Origin: Chloroflexota bacterium
GTDB taxonomy: Bacteria > Chloroflexota > Dehalococcoidia > DSTF01 > RBG-16-68-14
Assembly: GCA_022562155.1 (NCBI GenBank)
Contig: JADFPV010000001.1
Location: forward strand, 16,508-80,507
Direction of reading: 5' to 3'
DNA: 64,000 bases
In this document: positions 38,080 to 48,405 of the stretch, piece after piece
Layout: every line of letters begins with the position of its first letter
Numbering within the stretch: position 1 is the first letter of the stretch
Made by a program: the position numbers and the translations under genes
Notes under the pieces: generated by a model
The model's database searches: none
What the model was told of the DNA's origin: nothing
What the model saw: the letters and a program-made list of their open reading frames with translations, nothing else

Positions 38080-39024
38080 ATGCGCCTGCTTCGCCTCTCG
38101 CCTCTGCTGCTATTCTCATTCGCGTTTGTGGGCTGCGGCGTCTTTTCAGATGCGTCGCCTACGCCCACGCCTACGTCGACGCCAACCGCCACGCCGACAT
38201 CGACACCCAGTCCTACGCCGACCCCGACGCCGGAACTCCTCACTCCCAGCGTGCAGATCCCGCAGGGTGATGTGGGCGTGATCGAGGTTAACGCTCGAGC
38301 TGCCTCCGCGATGGCCTCGTTCGACGGCCGTAACTACACGATGCTCGCCAAGGAAGGCGGGTTTTGGGCCGTAATCGGCGTGGGCGCCGCGCAACCCCTC
38401 GGTGCGTATCCAGTCGTCGTTGCGTTGCGTGCCGAAGACGGAACTGACCTAGATCGCTTAGACGCGACGATCTCCGTCGTCGAAACGGCCTACCCGTTCG
38501 AGTCGATTACGTTGGCGCCGGACCAGTCCGCGTTGCTTGACCCTGCCCTATCGCAACAAGAGGCCGCGATGCGCGAGGCCCTCTACTCGCGACACACCGC
38601 TGAGCAGCGCTGGTCAGGTGTCTTTCTCCAGCCACTTCCAGGCCCGATCAGCAGCCCATATGGCGTCGGGCGAAGCTACAATGGCGGCCCCGTCACCAGC
38701 TTCCACCACGGCACGGACTTTGGTCTCGACGAGGGGACGCCAGTAGCTGCCGCCAACACGGGCCGCGTGGCCTTTGCCGATGAGATGCCGATCCGCGGCC
38801 TGAGCGTGGTGCTGGATCACGGCGGGGGGGTGTTCACCGCGTACCATCATCTCTCTGGAGCAGCGGTAGTAGAAGGCCAGCTTGTAGCGATCGGCGACTT
38901 GGTGGGCTTCGTCGGGGCCTCAGGCCTAGCGACGGGGCCGCATTTGCACTGGGAGTTGATTGTGAACGGCGTTGAGGTCGACCCGATGCTCTGGACGCTT
39001 GGGCTCGTTGGGCCTACTGGCTGA
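38080..39024 (+). CDS. M23 family metallopeptidase lipoprotein with Pro/Thr-rich linker
   Basis: Lipobox FVGCG; (PTPTST)n linker; HHGTDFG...GPHLHWE zinc motifs. Confidence 0.8.
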   Translation: MRLLRLSPLLLFSFAFVGCGVFSDASPTPTPTSTPTATPTSTPSPTPTPTPELLTPSVQIPQGDVGVIEVNARAASAMASFDGRNYTMLAKEGGFWAVIGVGAAQPLGAYPVVVALRAEDGTDLDRLDATISVVETAYPFESITLAPDQSALLDPALSQQEAAMREALYSRHTAEQRWSGVFLQPLPGPISSPYGVGRSYNGGPVTSFHHGTDFGLDEGTPVAAANTGRVAFADEMPIRGLSVVLDHGGGVFTAYHHLSGAAVVEGQLVAIGDLVGFVGASGLATGPHLHWELIVNGVEVDPMLWTLGLVGPTG

Positions 39025-39928
39025 CGATCAGGAGCCGCCAGTCGCCGTCGGCGCGACGCTCCAGCCCTCTCGCTCCAGCTTGCAGCAGCGCTTCAACGCA
39101 GCTCTCTTCCTGGTCCGCCACGATGCCACTCACGAATGCGGCGCCGCCTTCTCGGAGCGCGCCCAGCAGTTCGCCTGAGAGTTCTCGCACGATGCGGGCG
39201 CTGAGGTTGGCCAGCACGAGGTCGTAGCCCCCCGAGGGCGCCTCATCGAACGGCCAGGCTGCTCCTAATGAGCCTTGTCGGACGTTGACCCGGTCCGATA
39301 CCTGATTAGTCGCGGCGTTCTGGAGCGTCGCGCTGACGGCCGCGGGGTCTATGTCTACGGCGTCCACGCGCTCTGCTCCCAACAGCGCCGCGCCAACGGA
39401 CAGGATGCCAGAGCCTGAGCCTACGTCGAGAACTACCATCCCTGGCTCTGAGCGGCGTTCCAGTTCGACCAGACACATCTGTGTAGTCTCGTGCTGGCCC
39501 GTCCCGAAGGCGCGCCCGGGATCGAGTTCGACGACGATGTCGCTAGGCTCCGGGTCGTATTCGCGCCAGGATGGCTTCAGCACGATCCGTTTGCCCATGC
39601 GTATGACGTGGAAATGTTCCTTCCACGCATCCGCCCAGTCAGCTTCAGCAACGGACTTCACGCTGAGCCCGTCGACGATATCGCTCTCGAGGTCGAGCAG
39701 GTCAGACCGCAGGTGGTCGATAGCGTACTCCGTCGCGTCCTGGCCGGCGGGCAGCCACGCGCGCAGACGGACAGGCCGATCGATGGGAAACGCGACGCCT
39801 CCTTCTTCATCGATCGCGTCGAAAGGAGTCTCGATGCTCACGCCTGAAGGCGCGTACCGTCGCAGGAGATCGGCTATCGCCTCCACCGCATGCGGGCGGA
39901 CGGCGATAGCCAGTTCCAGGTGCTCCAT
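39014..39928 (-). CDS. prmA: Ribosomal protein L11 methyltransferase
   Basis: VLDVGSGSGILS motif I. Located downstream of dnaJ as in many bacteria. Confidence 0.8.
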   Translation of the reverse strand: MEHLELAIAVRPHAVEAIADLLRRYAPSGVSIETPFDAIDEEGGVAFPIDRPVRLRAWLPAGQDATEYAIDHLRSDLLDLESDIVDGLSVKSVAEADWADAWKEHFHVIRMGKRIVLKPSWREYDPEPSDIVVELDPGRAFGTGQHETTQMCLVELERRSEPGMVVLDVGSGSGILSVGAALLGAERVDAVDIDPAAVSATLQNAATNQVSDRVNVRQGSLGAAWPFDEAPSGGYDLVLANLSARIVRELSGELLGALREGGAAFVSGIVADQEESCVEALLQAGARGLERRADGDWRLLIVSQ

Positions 39929-39931
39929 GGG

Positions 39932-41047
39932 TTAGCCGAGGGCGTCTTTAATCTTGTTGAGGAGGCCTTTGTCGTCTGGAGAGAGTGGCGTGCCCATCGA
40001 TTCCGCCAGCCGGGCCAGGAGCTCCTTCTGCTCGGCGGACAAGTTCTTTGGTGTCACTACGTGTGTGTGGACCAGCAGGTCGCCGCGCCCGCCGGAGCGC
40101 AGGTGGGGAACGCCCTGTCCCCTGAGGACGAAGACCTGACCACTCTGTGTCCCGCTCGGAATGCGCAGTGAATGCGGCTTTTCGAGGGTCGGGATCTCGG
40201 TCTGGTCGCCAAGCGCCGCCTGGGCGAAGTTCACCTCAAGGTTGTAGATCAGGTCGTCCCCGTCGCGCTGGAAGTGCTTGTGCGACTTCACGTTCACCTG
40301 CAGGTAGAGGTTGCCCCGCGGCCCACCGCGCTCGCCCACTTCGCCTTCTCCGGTTAGGCGCATCTGCGCCCCATTATCGATGCCTGCCGGGATCTTCACT
40401 TGGAGCTTACGTGTCTTCTCTTCGTACCCGCGGCCCCGGCAGGTCTTGCAAGGCTTGGAGACGACCGCGCCTTCTCCCTGACAGCGGTCGCACATGGAGA
40501 CGTTGACGAACTGGCCAAAGACGCTCTGCTGGACGCGCCGCAACTCGCCGGTACCTTCGCAGTTCCTACAGCGCTCCGGTTCGGAACCGGGCTCTGCGCG
40601 CCGGCCTGCGCAACGAGAGCACAACTCGTAACCGTCCACGCTGATCGTCTGGTCGGTACCGAACGCGGCCTCCTCGAACGAGATGCGCACGCTCTGACGC
40701 AGGTCGGCTCCGCGGCGTGGCCCTCCTCGGCGGGCCGTGCTGCCGCCGAAGAACGCGTCGAAGATATCGCCGAAACCGCTGAAGCCGAAGCCCTCGAAGC
40801 CGCGCGCTCCGCCGAAGGCCTGCTGCGGTCCTGCGTGGCCGAAGCGGTCGTACATGGCCCGCTTCTCCTGGTCGGAGAGCACCTCGTAGGCCTCGTTGAC
40901 AGCCTTGAACTGCTCGCTGGCATCTCCGCTGTTGTTGCGGTCCGGATGATACTTCATCGCCAGTTTCCGGAACGCCTTCTTGACGTCTTCGGGCGTTGCG
41001 TTGCCGGAGATGCCTAGGACGTCGTAGTAGTCGCGCTTCGCTGCCAA
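39932..41047 (-). CDS. dnaJ: Chaperone DnaJ
   Basis: J domain HPD, G/F region, four CxxCxGxG zinc repeats. Confidence 0.95.
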   Translation of the reverse strand: MAAKRDYYDVLGISGNATPEDVKKAFRKLAMKYHPDRNNSGDASEQFKAVNEAYEVLSDQEKRAMYDRFGHAGPQQAFGGARGFEGFGFSGFGDIFDAFFGGSTARRGGPRRGADLRQSVRISFEEAAFGTDQTISVDGYELCSRCAGRRAEPGSEPERCRNCEGTGELRRVQQSVFGQFVNVSMCDRCQGEGAVVSKPCKTCRGRGYEEKTRKLQVKIPAGIDNGAQMRLTGEGEVGERGGPRGNLYLQVNVKSHKHFQRDGDDLIYNLEVNFAQAALGDQTEIPTLEKPHSLRIPSGTQSGQVFVLRGQGVPHLRSGGRGDLLVHTHVVTPKNLSAEQKELLARLAESMGTPLSPDDKGLLNKIKDALG

Positions 41048-41140
41048 GGTTCCTCGTTTCTTAATCGGCCTAGCGTAGTATTCGGTTCAATACTCTATTG
41101 TAGCAGGGGTAGGCGTTTGTGCAGTGGTGGATTGGCTGCG

Positions 41141-42151
41141 TCAGATGATCGCTTCGCCGGTGATCTGCCCGGCCAGTCCGACGACGAACAGAATGCCGTA
41201 GCGTCGGTTGTGGATGAAGGTCATCCCGACGAACCAGAGTGGCCATGCTGGGTAGTGCTCGGGCGGTTTGTCCGGCTTTGCCTTGTTGTAGCCACGCAGC
41301 ACCATCCACAGCAGCGGAAGAGCGCCGGCCACCAGGAGTAATCCAGGCATCTGTTGCCAGATCACGAGCGCGACGACCGAAACGTACATCCCGATCGACA
41401 GCACCTGCGTGAGCCGGCGCGCGCCCCGTTCGCCGAGTAGCATAGGCAGCGTGAAGATGCGCTTCGTCGTGTCGAACTCCAGCTTGTCCAGGTGCTTGCC
41501 CATAAGCACGGTTGTGACGCCGAGTGCGTAAGGGAATGAAGCTAGGATAACCCAGCCCGGCAGGTCGCCGGCCATCACGTAGTACGTGCCGCCGATCATA
41601 AGCGGTCCCCAGATGATGAATACAGCGATCTCGCCCAGGCCGAAATACTTTAGCGGCAGAGGCCCGCCCGAGTAGAGCATCAGGCCAAACGCGCCACTCA
41701 GCGCGAAGATCAGGACGCCGGGGCCGGTCTCCACGGTTAGGTAGATGCCGATCGCTGTCGCGATCGCCAGGATGACGACCGTGATGAGCGCGAACGACCG
41801 CATGTCGGCGGACTTCTCCGTCAGCGGATGTGGCCCGTACCTGGCGCGCGGGGAGTCCGGGCTGTCTGCGCCCCTACGGTAGTCCCAGAAGTCGTTGACG
41901 AGGTTGCTTGCCGTGTGCGCCAGCACGAGACCGGCAGCCGTCAGTACGAAGAGCGGCCAGTCGAACACATCGTCGCGAGCGGCGAGCAGCCCGCCCAGGA
42001 CGGCGGACGTCGCCGTCATGACCACGACCGAAGCGCGCGAAAGCACAAGCCAGCGAGTCACGGGGTCGACCAGGCTCAGGTCGACCTGCGGGATCGTATA
42101 GAGCGCCTGCATCCAGAGGCGGGGCGCTGACATCTTCGTTGCTGTAGCCAT
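41141..42151 (-). CDS. UbiA family prenyltransferase (MenA-like)
   Basis: NDFWDYRRGAD Asp-rich motif; 8-9 TM. Confidence 0.65.
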   Translation of the reverse strand: MATATKMSAPRLWMQALYTIPQVDLSLVDPVTRWLVLSRASVVVMTATSAVLGGLLAARDDVFDWPLFVLTAAGLVLAHTASNLVNDFWDYRRGADSPDSPRARYGPHPLTEKSADMRSFALITVVILAIATAIGIYLTVETGPGVLIFALSGAFGLMLYSGGPLPLKYFGLGEIAVFIIWGPLMIGGTYYVMAGDLPGWVILASFPYALGVTTVLMGKHLDKLEFDTTKRIFTLPMLLGERGARRLTQVLSIGMYVSVVALVIWQQMPGLLLVAGALPLLWMVLRGYNKAKPDKPPEHYPAWPLWFVGMTFIHNRRYGILFVVGLAGQITGEAII

Positions 42152-42273
42152 GCTGTCCTTTCGATCTCCGAACTGTTCGGCTCGGATATCATACCGGAGC
42201 CGAGAGAATGGCAGCAGTCCTCCCGCTTGCCCGCTTGCCCCGCACGTGCCAAACTCGGCTAACAGGGAGTCAG

Positions 42274-44094
42274 ATGCTCAAGACACACTACTGCGGCGAT
42301 CTGCGCAAGGAGCACGTTGGCCAGGAAGTAACGGTGGCTGGCTGGGTGCATCGTCGTCGCGACCACGGCGGCCTGATTTTCATCGACCTACGGGATAGAC
42401 GTGGCTTAGTTCAGGTCGTCTTCCATCCTGATGACGCGCCGGAAACGCACGAGATCGCTGGCGATGTGCGGTCAGAGTTCGTCCTGTCCGTGACCGGCGA
42501 GGTCGCCGCGCGCAAGGAGGGCACTGAAAACTCGGACATGCCGACAGGCGAGATCGAAGTACGCGCGCGCAAGCTGGAGGTGCTCAACGAGGCGAAGACG
42601 CCACCGTTCCCGATCAACGAGGAGACCGAGGTAGAGGAGCTGCTGCGGCTCCGATATCGTTATCTCGATTTGCGACGCGAGCGCATGCAGCGAAACCTGC
42701 GGCTCCGCGACAAAACGACAATATTTATCCGCAAGTTTCTCCACGAACGGGACTTCACAGAGATCGAGACGCCGATACTGACGAACAGCACACCAGAGGG
42801 CGCCCGCGACTACCTCGTACCGTCGCGAATGCAGCCAGGTTCGTTCTACGCGCTTCCGCAATCCCCCCAGCAGTACAAGCAGTTGTTGATGGTAGCTGGC
42901 GTGGAGCGCTACTTCCAGATCGCGCGCTGCGCCCGCGATGAAGACCTGCGGGCCGACCGCCAGCCCGACTTCACGCAGCTCGATCTCGAGATGAGCTTCG
43001 CAACTGAAGAGGACGTGCTTTCGCTGTTCGAAGAGCTGTTCTCCGGCCTCGTTGAAGATGTCAGACCTGACCTCAAGTACGTCTCACCCTTCCCGCGGAT
43101 CACGTATGAGGAGTCGATGCGTCGGTTCGGTACGGACAAGCCCGACCTGCGCTATGGCATGGAGCTGTTCGACATCAGCGACCTCGCTGGCTCATCGGAG
43201 TTCGGCGTGTTCAGGAATGCGGTCGAATCGGGTGGGGCGGTGGAAGGCATCTGCGTGCCTGGCGGCACCGAGTTCTCGCGCAAGGACATCGACTCGCTCA
43301 CCACGTTCGTGCAGGGCCTCGGGGCCAAGGGCCTCGTCTCGATCGGTATCCTTGGCCAGCCCGGCTCGCTCGACGAAGAAGGAATCCGCTCTCCGGTCGC
43401 GAAGTATCTCGCGCTTGACCTTGTCGAGGCCGCCGCCAAACGCTCTGACGCAAAGCAAGGCGATCTACTGTTGCTCGTTGCCGGCGAGGGCGGCAAGCCA
43501 AAGCTAGAGCCCGGATCCTCGAGTCGCGTGCGTCCGTCGCTGGATGGCCTGCGTCGGGAGGTCGCCGCCCGTCTGAAGCTGGCCGACCCGCAGATGCTCC
43601 ACTACGCGTTCATCACCGAGTTCCCGCTCGTCGAATGGGACGAGGATGAAGAGCGCTGGGACGCGTTGCATCATCTGTTCGTAGCGCCAATGGAAGAGGA
43701 CCTGCACTACTTTGAAACGGATCCAGGCCGTATTCGGAGTCGCGCTTACGACACCATCTGCAACGGCGAGGAGTTGGGCAGCGGCAGCGTGCGAATCTAC
43801 CGACGCGAGATGCTGGAGCGCGTGCTACACATGCTTGGCATGGACGATGCAGAAGCGCAGAAGAGGTATGGCCACATGCTGGAGGCGTTCGAGTACGGCG
43901 CGCCGCCTCACGCCGGTTTCGCGCCCGGCATCGACCGCATCGTGGCGCAGCTCGCCCAGGAGGAAGACATCCGCGAGGTAATCGCCTTCCCCAAAACGAA
44001 GAGCGGTGCCGAGCCGATGACTGGCGCGCCGTTCGCGGTCACGGAGGAGCAGCTCCGCGTGCTCGGCATCAGCGTTGTAAAGCAGCCTGAGTAG
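42274..44094 (+). CDS. aspS: Aspartyl-tRNA synthetase
   Basis: MLKTHYCGDLR start; class II motifs; GAD insertion. Confidence 0.95.
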   Translation: MLKTHYCGDLRKEHVGQEVTVAGWVHRRRDHGGLIFIDLRDRRGLVQVVFHPDDAPETHEIAGDVRSEFVLSVTGEVAARKEGTENSDMPTGEIEVRARKLEVLNEAKTPPFPINEETEVEELLRLRYRYLDLRRERMQRNLRLRDKTTIFIRKFLHERDFTEIETPILTNSTPEGARDYLVPSRMQPGSFYALPQSPQQYKQLLMVAGVERYFQIARCARDEDLRADRQPDFTQLDLEMSFATEEDVLSLFEELFSGLVEDVRPDLKYVSPFPRITYEESMRRFGTDKPDLRYGMELFDISDLAGSSEFGVFRNAVESGGAVEGICVPGGTEFSRKDIDSLTTFVQGLGAKGLVSIGILGQPGSLDEEGIRSPVAKYLALDLVEAAAKRSDAKQGDLLLLVAGEGGKPKLEPGSSSRVRPSLDGLRREVAARLKLADPQMLHYAFITEFPLVEWDEDEERWDALHHLFVAPMEEDLHYFETDPGRIRSRAYDTICNGEELGSGSVRIYRREMLERVLHMLGMDDAEAQKRYGHMLEAFEYGAPPHAGFAPGIDRIVAQLAQEEDIREVIAFPKTKSGAEPMTGAPFAVTEEQLRVLGISVVKQPE

Positions 44095-44107
44095 AGGACT
44101 CTCGCAC

Positions 44108-45697
44108 ATGGCCGAACGGCTTCGCCGCGTCCAGCCGGAGAGAAGCGCGCGAAGCGGCCAGATTGCGGACGTAGTGGGTTCGCCGATCGCCCGCGTAGGC
44201 GGAATCGTCGCCTTAATCGCGGCCGTTCTGGGGGCATTCCTGATCCAGGCGCCCGTTCTGGATCACTATTTCTTTGGTGACGACTTCGTACCGCTAGCGG
44301 ACTTCTCTTCTCGGGGTACGCTCGGCTACGTCAAAGACCTCTTCCTGCTGCAGGACGAGACGCCTAACTGGCGTTTTCTGACCGGCCTGGCTTACGGGGG
44401 CATCTACCGGACTGTTGGCTTGGCTGCGCTGCCATTCCTGTTGACCTCGCTGGCGGTACATACGATGACAGCGGGCCTCATCTTCATCTTCGTGCGACGT
44501 GTGTCGCGTCAAGTCTGGCCTGCCCTACTGGCAGCTCTTATCTTCGGGCTCACCCCAGCATCCGTGCCAACGGTAGGGCAGGTAACCGCGTTCAACAACG
44601 TACTGGGCGCATTCTTGCTGATGCTCGCTCTCGTGACCCTATACGAGGGCCTCGCACGGGAACAACTCATTCCATGGACGCTGGCATCGATCGTCGCGTT
44701 TGCTGGTGCAGTCGCGGCGAACGACCTGCTCGCGCTGCTGGCTCCGATGCCTGTATTGGTCTTGGGGCTGTGCTGGTCGCGCGACAAGGATTGGTGGCGC
44801 GATCGGCGTCGATTTCGTCAACTCATCATGATCGCCACACCGTTCGCGATCATAGGTGGCGCCGCCATCGTCGCTCTCGCCGTCTGCGATTGTACGTCGG
44901 TGGCGGCCAGTAGCCGCTATGGGTTCGGCATGCATATGCTCGACAACCTCTGGCTGTTTCTTGGGCGCCTCCTGTATCCGGTTGGAATGGAGCCGCTCGG
45001 TGAACTCGAAACCGCGCACAAAGTCGCGGGCCCCGTACTGGCGGCCGTTTCCCTCGTACTATTCGTTCGGGGGCCAGCCGCCGCTCGATTCGCCGTAGCG
45101 TTCCTGATACTGGCACTGCTACCGTTCCTGCCGTTGAAGCTTTGGTCGGCGTCGCGCTACGTGTACCTCGCAACCATCCCGTTCTCCATGCTGGCCGCCG
45201 TCACGGTGACGGACGTCGCGCGCATCGGCCGGGCTACCGGACCTGTCATTCCGGCTCTGACCGCGTTCCTCGTGATCGGCGTATTAAGCCTGTACGGCTG
45301 GCAGACTGTCAGCCAGAATGATGACTTCGAAGCGAGTACCGGCGACTGGCGCACTCTGGTAACTGGTCTACAGGACCTCTACCCGGAGTTACCCGAGGGC
45401 AGCACGGTCTACGTACGCGGCGGCTCGCTCTGGGACGAAGCTCTGCTGCAGTGTGCCGTGCTTCCGGCAGTGGGAGAGGTCATCTGGGGAGGGGTTGATG
45501 TCTTCTTCATCTATGATCTAGGCGCTCGTATTAGGCCTGGTTACGACGTGTTCTTCGCCGATGCGAGGGAAGAGGTCTTCGAGGATGTACTGGTCCCGAT
45601 CGCCCGGCCTGGAGAGGAAGTCGTCACGCTTGTCCCGCAGATCCCGCCTGGCACGACGGGCAATCTCTGTCGGGAAGATGTGCCTCGCCTCCCATGA
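44108..45697 (+). CDS. Polytopic membrane protein, possible GT-C type glycosyltransferase
   Basis: >=10 TM N-terminal region plus soluble C-terminal domain. Confidence 0.35.
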   Translation: MAERLRRVQPERSARSGQIADVVGSPIARVGGIVALIAAVLGAFLIQAPVLDHYFFGDDFVPLADFSSRGTLGYVKDLFLLQDETPNWRFLTGLAYGGIYRTVGLAALPFLLTSLAVHTMTAGLIFIFVRRVSRQVWPALLAALIFGLTPASVPTVGQVTAFNNVLGAFLLMLALVTLYEGLAREQLIPWTLASIVAFAGAVAANDLLALLAPMPVLVLGLCWSRDKDWWRDRRRFRQLIMIATPFAIIGGAAIVALAVCDCTSVAASSRYGFGMHMLDNLWLFLGRLLYPVGMEPLGELETAHKVAGPVLAAVSLVLFVRGPAAARFAVAFLILALLPFLPLKLWSASRYVYLATIPFSMLAAVTVTDVARIGRATGPVIPALTAFLVIGVLSLYGWQTVSQNDDFEASTGDWRTLVTGLQDLYPELPEGSTVYVRGGSLWDEALLQCAVLPAVGEVIWGGVDVFFIYDLGARIRPGYDVFFADAREEVFEDVLVPIARPGEEVVTLVPQIPPGTTGNLCREDVPRLP

Positions 45698-45779
45698 CGG
45701 CGTGACGATCGACTGTGTGGGATGCGTTGGCTAATATGGAGCGCATCGTGTTGGGAGAGTAAGAAGGAGGGAGTGGCTT

Positions 45780-47033
45780 ATGACTCACGGGACGTGGCGA
45801 GATCGTACGCTGTCACGCAGAGGGCTGCTCAAGGCCGCTGCCGGGGTCACTGTTGGTGGTGCGGCACTCGCCGTTGCAGCGTGCAGTGATGGAGATGGCG
45901 GTGGGGCCGCCACCGCGACTGTCATGAGTGGAAACCCAGCTGTGGTCGGCCCTGTTGAGCAGCAGCGGCAGCGCAGGGCTGGCACTGGCCTCACCGGTTA
46001 CGATCCTTCCAAGACGTTCGACGGGTACACGCTCTTCGCTACGCTACAGGGCACCACGGCGTATGTCGTCGACATGATGGGTGAAGTTGTCAACACTTGG
46101 ACACTCACTACGGACCCGCGTGAGCGTAGCGTGTTCGGTGTGCAGCTGCTAGAGAACGGAAACCTATTCGCCGCCATGCACCAGCAAGAGGAAGGCGCGC
46201 CACCGTTCGTCTTCAAGGGCGGCGTGCTCATGGAGGTGGACTGGGACGGCAACGTAATCTGGCAGTTCGAGGACGAAGACCAGCATCACGATGCTCGCGT
46301 GCTTCCCAACGGCAACCTGCTGATCCTGCGTGCGGAGGTACTTCCGCCGGAGTTGGAGGAGCGCGTCTCAGGCGGCCAGCCTGCGGGGCAGGAGTTGGGA
46401 ATGTGGACGGATTGGGTAGCCGAAGTCACCCGCAAGGGAGAGACTGTGTGGGAGTGGCACGCGCGGGATCACATGGTGCCGGAAGAGTACCCGATCAACG
46501 CCCTGGACCTTCGCGATGAGTGGACGCATGGAAACGGCATCGCGCCGCTCCCCAACGGGGACGTGCTGATCAGCTTCCGCAACGTCAATACCGTCGGTAT
46601 CATTGATCGCGACAGTGGCGAGTTCAGGTGGACAATGCGTGCGCCTGAGCTGGCTCAGCAGCATAACCCGAGTATACTGCCAAACGGTAATGTCCTCATT
46701 TTCGATAACGGCGGGCATCGCGAGAACAGTGGGCTCAACTACTCGCGTGTGATCGAGGTCGACCCGGCCACAACCGAGATCGTGTGGGAGTACATCGATG
46801 CGAGCATCCTCAACTTCTTCAGTCCGTTCGTTTCGAGCGCGCAACGCTTGCCAAACGGCAACACGTTCATTTCGGAGGGCAACTACGGCCGCCTGTTCGA
46901 GGTCACAATCGACGGTGAGATCGTCTGGGAGTATATTAACCCCTTCTTCATCTTGAACCCTATCCTCGGTGATGTGAACACGGTATTCCGCGCCTGGCGT
47001 TATCCGACCGAAGCCTTCCAGATAGGCGCTTAA
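45780..47033 (+). CDS. Tat-secreted lipoprotein, arylsulfotransferase (ASST)-like beta-propeller
   Basis: RRGLLKAAAG Tat motif + Cys lipobox; repeated NGN(L/V)L propeller blades. Confidence 0.45.
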   Translation: MTHGTWRDRTLSRRGLLKAAAGVTVGGAALAVAACSDGDGGGAATATVMSGNPAVVGPVEQQRQRRAGTGLTGYDPSKTFDGYTLFATLQGTTAYVVDMMGEVVNTWTLTTDPRERSVFGVQLLENGNLFAAMHQQEEGAPPFVFKGGVLMEVDWDGNVIWQFEDEDQHHDARVLPNGNLLILRAEVLPPELEERVSGGQPAGQELGMWTDWVAEVTRKGETVWEWHARDHMVPEEYPINALDLRDEWTHGNGIAPLPNGDVLISFRNVNTVGIIDRDSGEFRWTMRAPELAQQHNPSILPNGNVLIFDNGGHRENSGLNYSRVIEVDPATTEIVWEYIDASILNFFSPFVSSAQRLPNGNTFISEGNYGRLFEVTIDGEIVWEYINPFFILNPILGDVNTVFRAWRYPTEAFQIGA

Positions 47034-47046
47034 GCTCCAGTTCTGC

Positions 47047-48405
47047 ATGTCAGCCGCGCTAGCATGGACGCGCCAGCGTTGGGTCTCATGGGCAGGCGAG
47101 CGTACCGGGACCGAGTTGCGGCTGCTGGTGGTGATCCTCGCGATCGCGGCGATCCTACGGCTGCTGTGGGTACTTTACGCCGCGCGCGAACCGCAAGGCG
47201 TCCACGACCCGACGTTCTACTTCGGCTACGGCCAGGCCATCGCGGAAGGTATCGGCTACGAGCTCCCCGCTGTCGGATCGATCGCCGCCGGACCGACGGC
47301 CTACTATCCTATCGGCTATCCGGCGGCTCTCGGCGCCGTGTTTGCGCTGGTCACGCACACGCCGATCCCGGACAACCTGGTGTTGACGATGGGCTTCTTT
47401 CAGCTCTTCCTCGGCGTTGCGACCGTTGCAATGGTCTACGAGGTCGGGCGAAGGCTCTTTGGGCCACAAGTAGGGTTGGTGGCCGGCCTGTTGTTGGCCG
47501 TCTTCCCGAACCTGATCTTCCACACTGCGGCATTCCTGACCGAGACGCTCTTCATGTTCCTGGTCATGGCAGCGCTGCTCGTCCTCTTGTGGGAGGACTG
47601 GCGCGAACGCCCGCCCGGCCTGCCTCGCCTCATGTCGTTCGGTCTTCTGCTGGGCGCGTCGGTGCTTGTCCGCCCCATCTCGCTGCTCTTTCTCCCGCTG
47701 CTGCCCGTCGTATGGCTAGTTGCGCGCGTTGGCTGGCAACGGGCGTTGCTGGATACGGGGGTGGTCCTCATCGTGACGGTCGCCGTGATCGCGCCCTGGT
47801 CGGTTCGCAACTTCATACGGATGGACTCGCCCGTAATCATCTCGACCAACCTAGGCGACAATCTCTGCATCGGGCACCATGCCGGGGCTCCCGGCAGCTT
47901 CGCGCTGCCTCCTAGCTGCTTTCCGGAAGATGCCGATGCCGATGCCGGTATCGACCGCGCTGAGTTCGAGGTCAGACGCAACAACGACAACATTGAGAAG
48001 GCGGTCGAGTTCGCGCTTGCCAATCCGGCCGCGGAACTGAAACTGCTCTCTCGCAAGGCCTACTACCTCTGGCGGCAAGACCACGATGGCTTGTGGGCAG
48101 TCGAGTCCTTCGGCGAGAATTCGTTCATGGACGACTCGGTCCGGACCGCGCTCGAACGCGTGGCCGATGTCTTCTTTTTCGTCACGATCAGTTTAGGAGG
48201 GCTGGGTCTCGCGGGGCTCGTGTCCCGGCCCGCTGATGGGCGGCGGTGGTATTTCTTGCTGGCGCTGCTGTCGCTGGCCGGAATACCGCTTGTCTTCTTC
48301 GGAGACGCTCGGTTCCATGTGCCGGTCATGCCGCTGCTGGTGGTGCCTGCGGCGTGGGTGGTCGTGTCTTCCGTGACGTTCCTGCGGAAGCGCTACGTGT
48401 CGTAG
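47047..48405 (+). CDS. Glycosyltransferase family 39 (PMT_2/ArnT-like) membrane protein
   Basis: Multi-TM with FPNLIFHTAAFLTETLFMFL region typical of GT39. Confidence 0.5.
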   Translation: MSAALAWTRQRWVSWAGERTGTELRLLVVILAIAAILRLLWVLYAAREPQGVHDPTFYFGYGQAIAEGIGYELPAVGSIAAGPTAYYPIGYPAALGAVFALVTHTPIPDNLVLTMGFFQLFLGVATVAMVYEVGRRLFGPQVGLVAGLLLAVFPNLIFHTAAFLTETLFMFLVMAALLVLLWEDWRERPPGLPRLMSFGLLLGASVLVRPISLLFLPLLPVVWLVARVGWQRALLDTGVVLIVTVAVIAPWSVRNFIRMDSPVIISTNLGDNLCIGHHAGAPGSFALPPSCFPEDADADAGIDRAEFEVRRNNDNIEKAVEFALANPAAELKLLSRKAYYLWRQDHDGLWAVESFGENSFMDDSVRTALERVADVFFFVTISLGGLGLAGLVSRPADGRRWYFLLALLSLAGIPLVFFGDARFHVPVMPLLVVPAAWVVVSSVTFLRKRYVS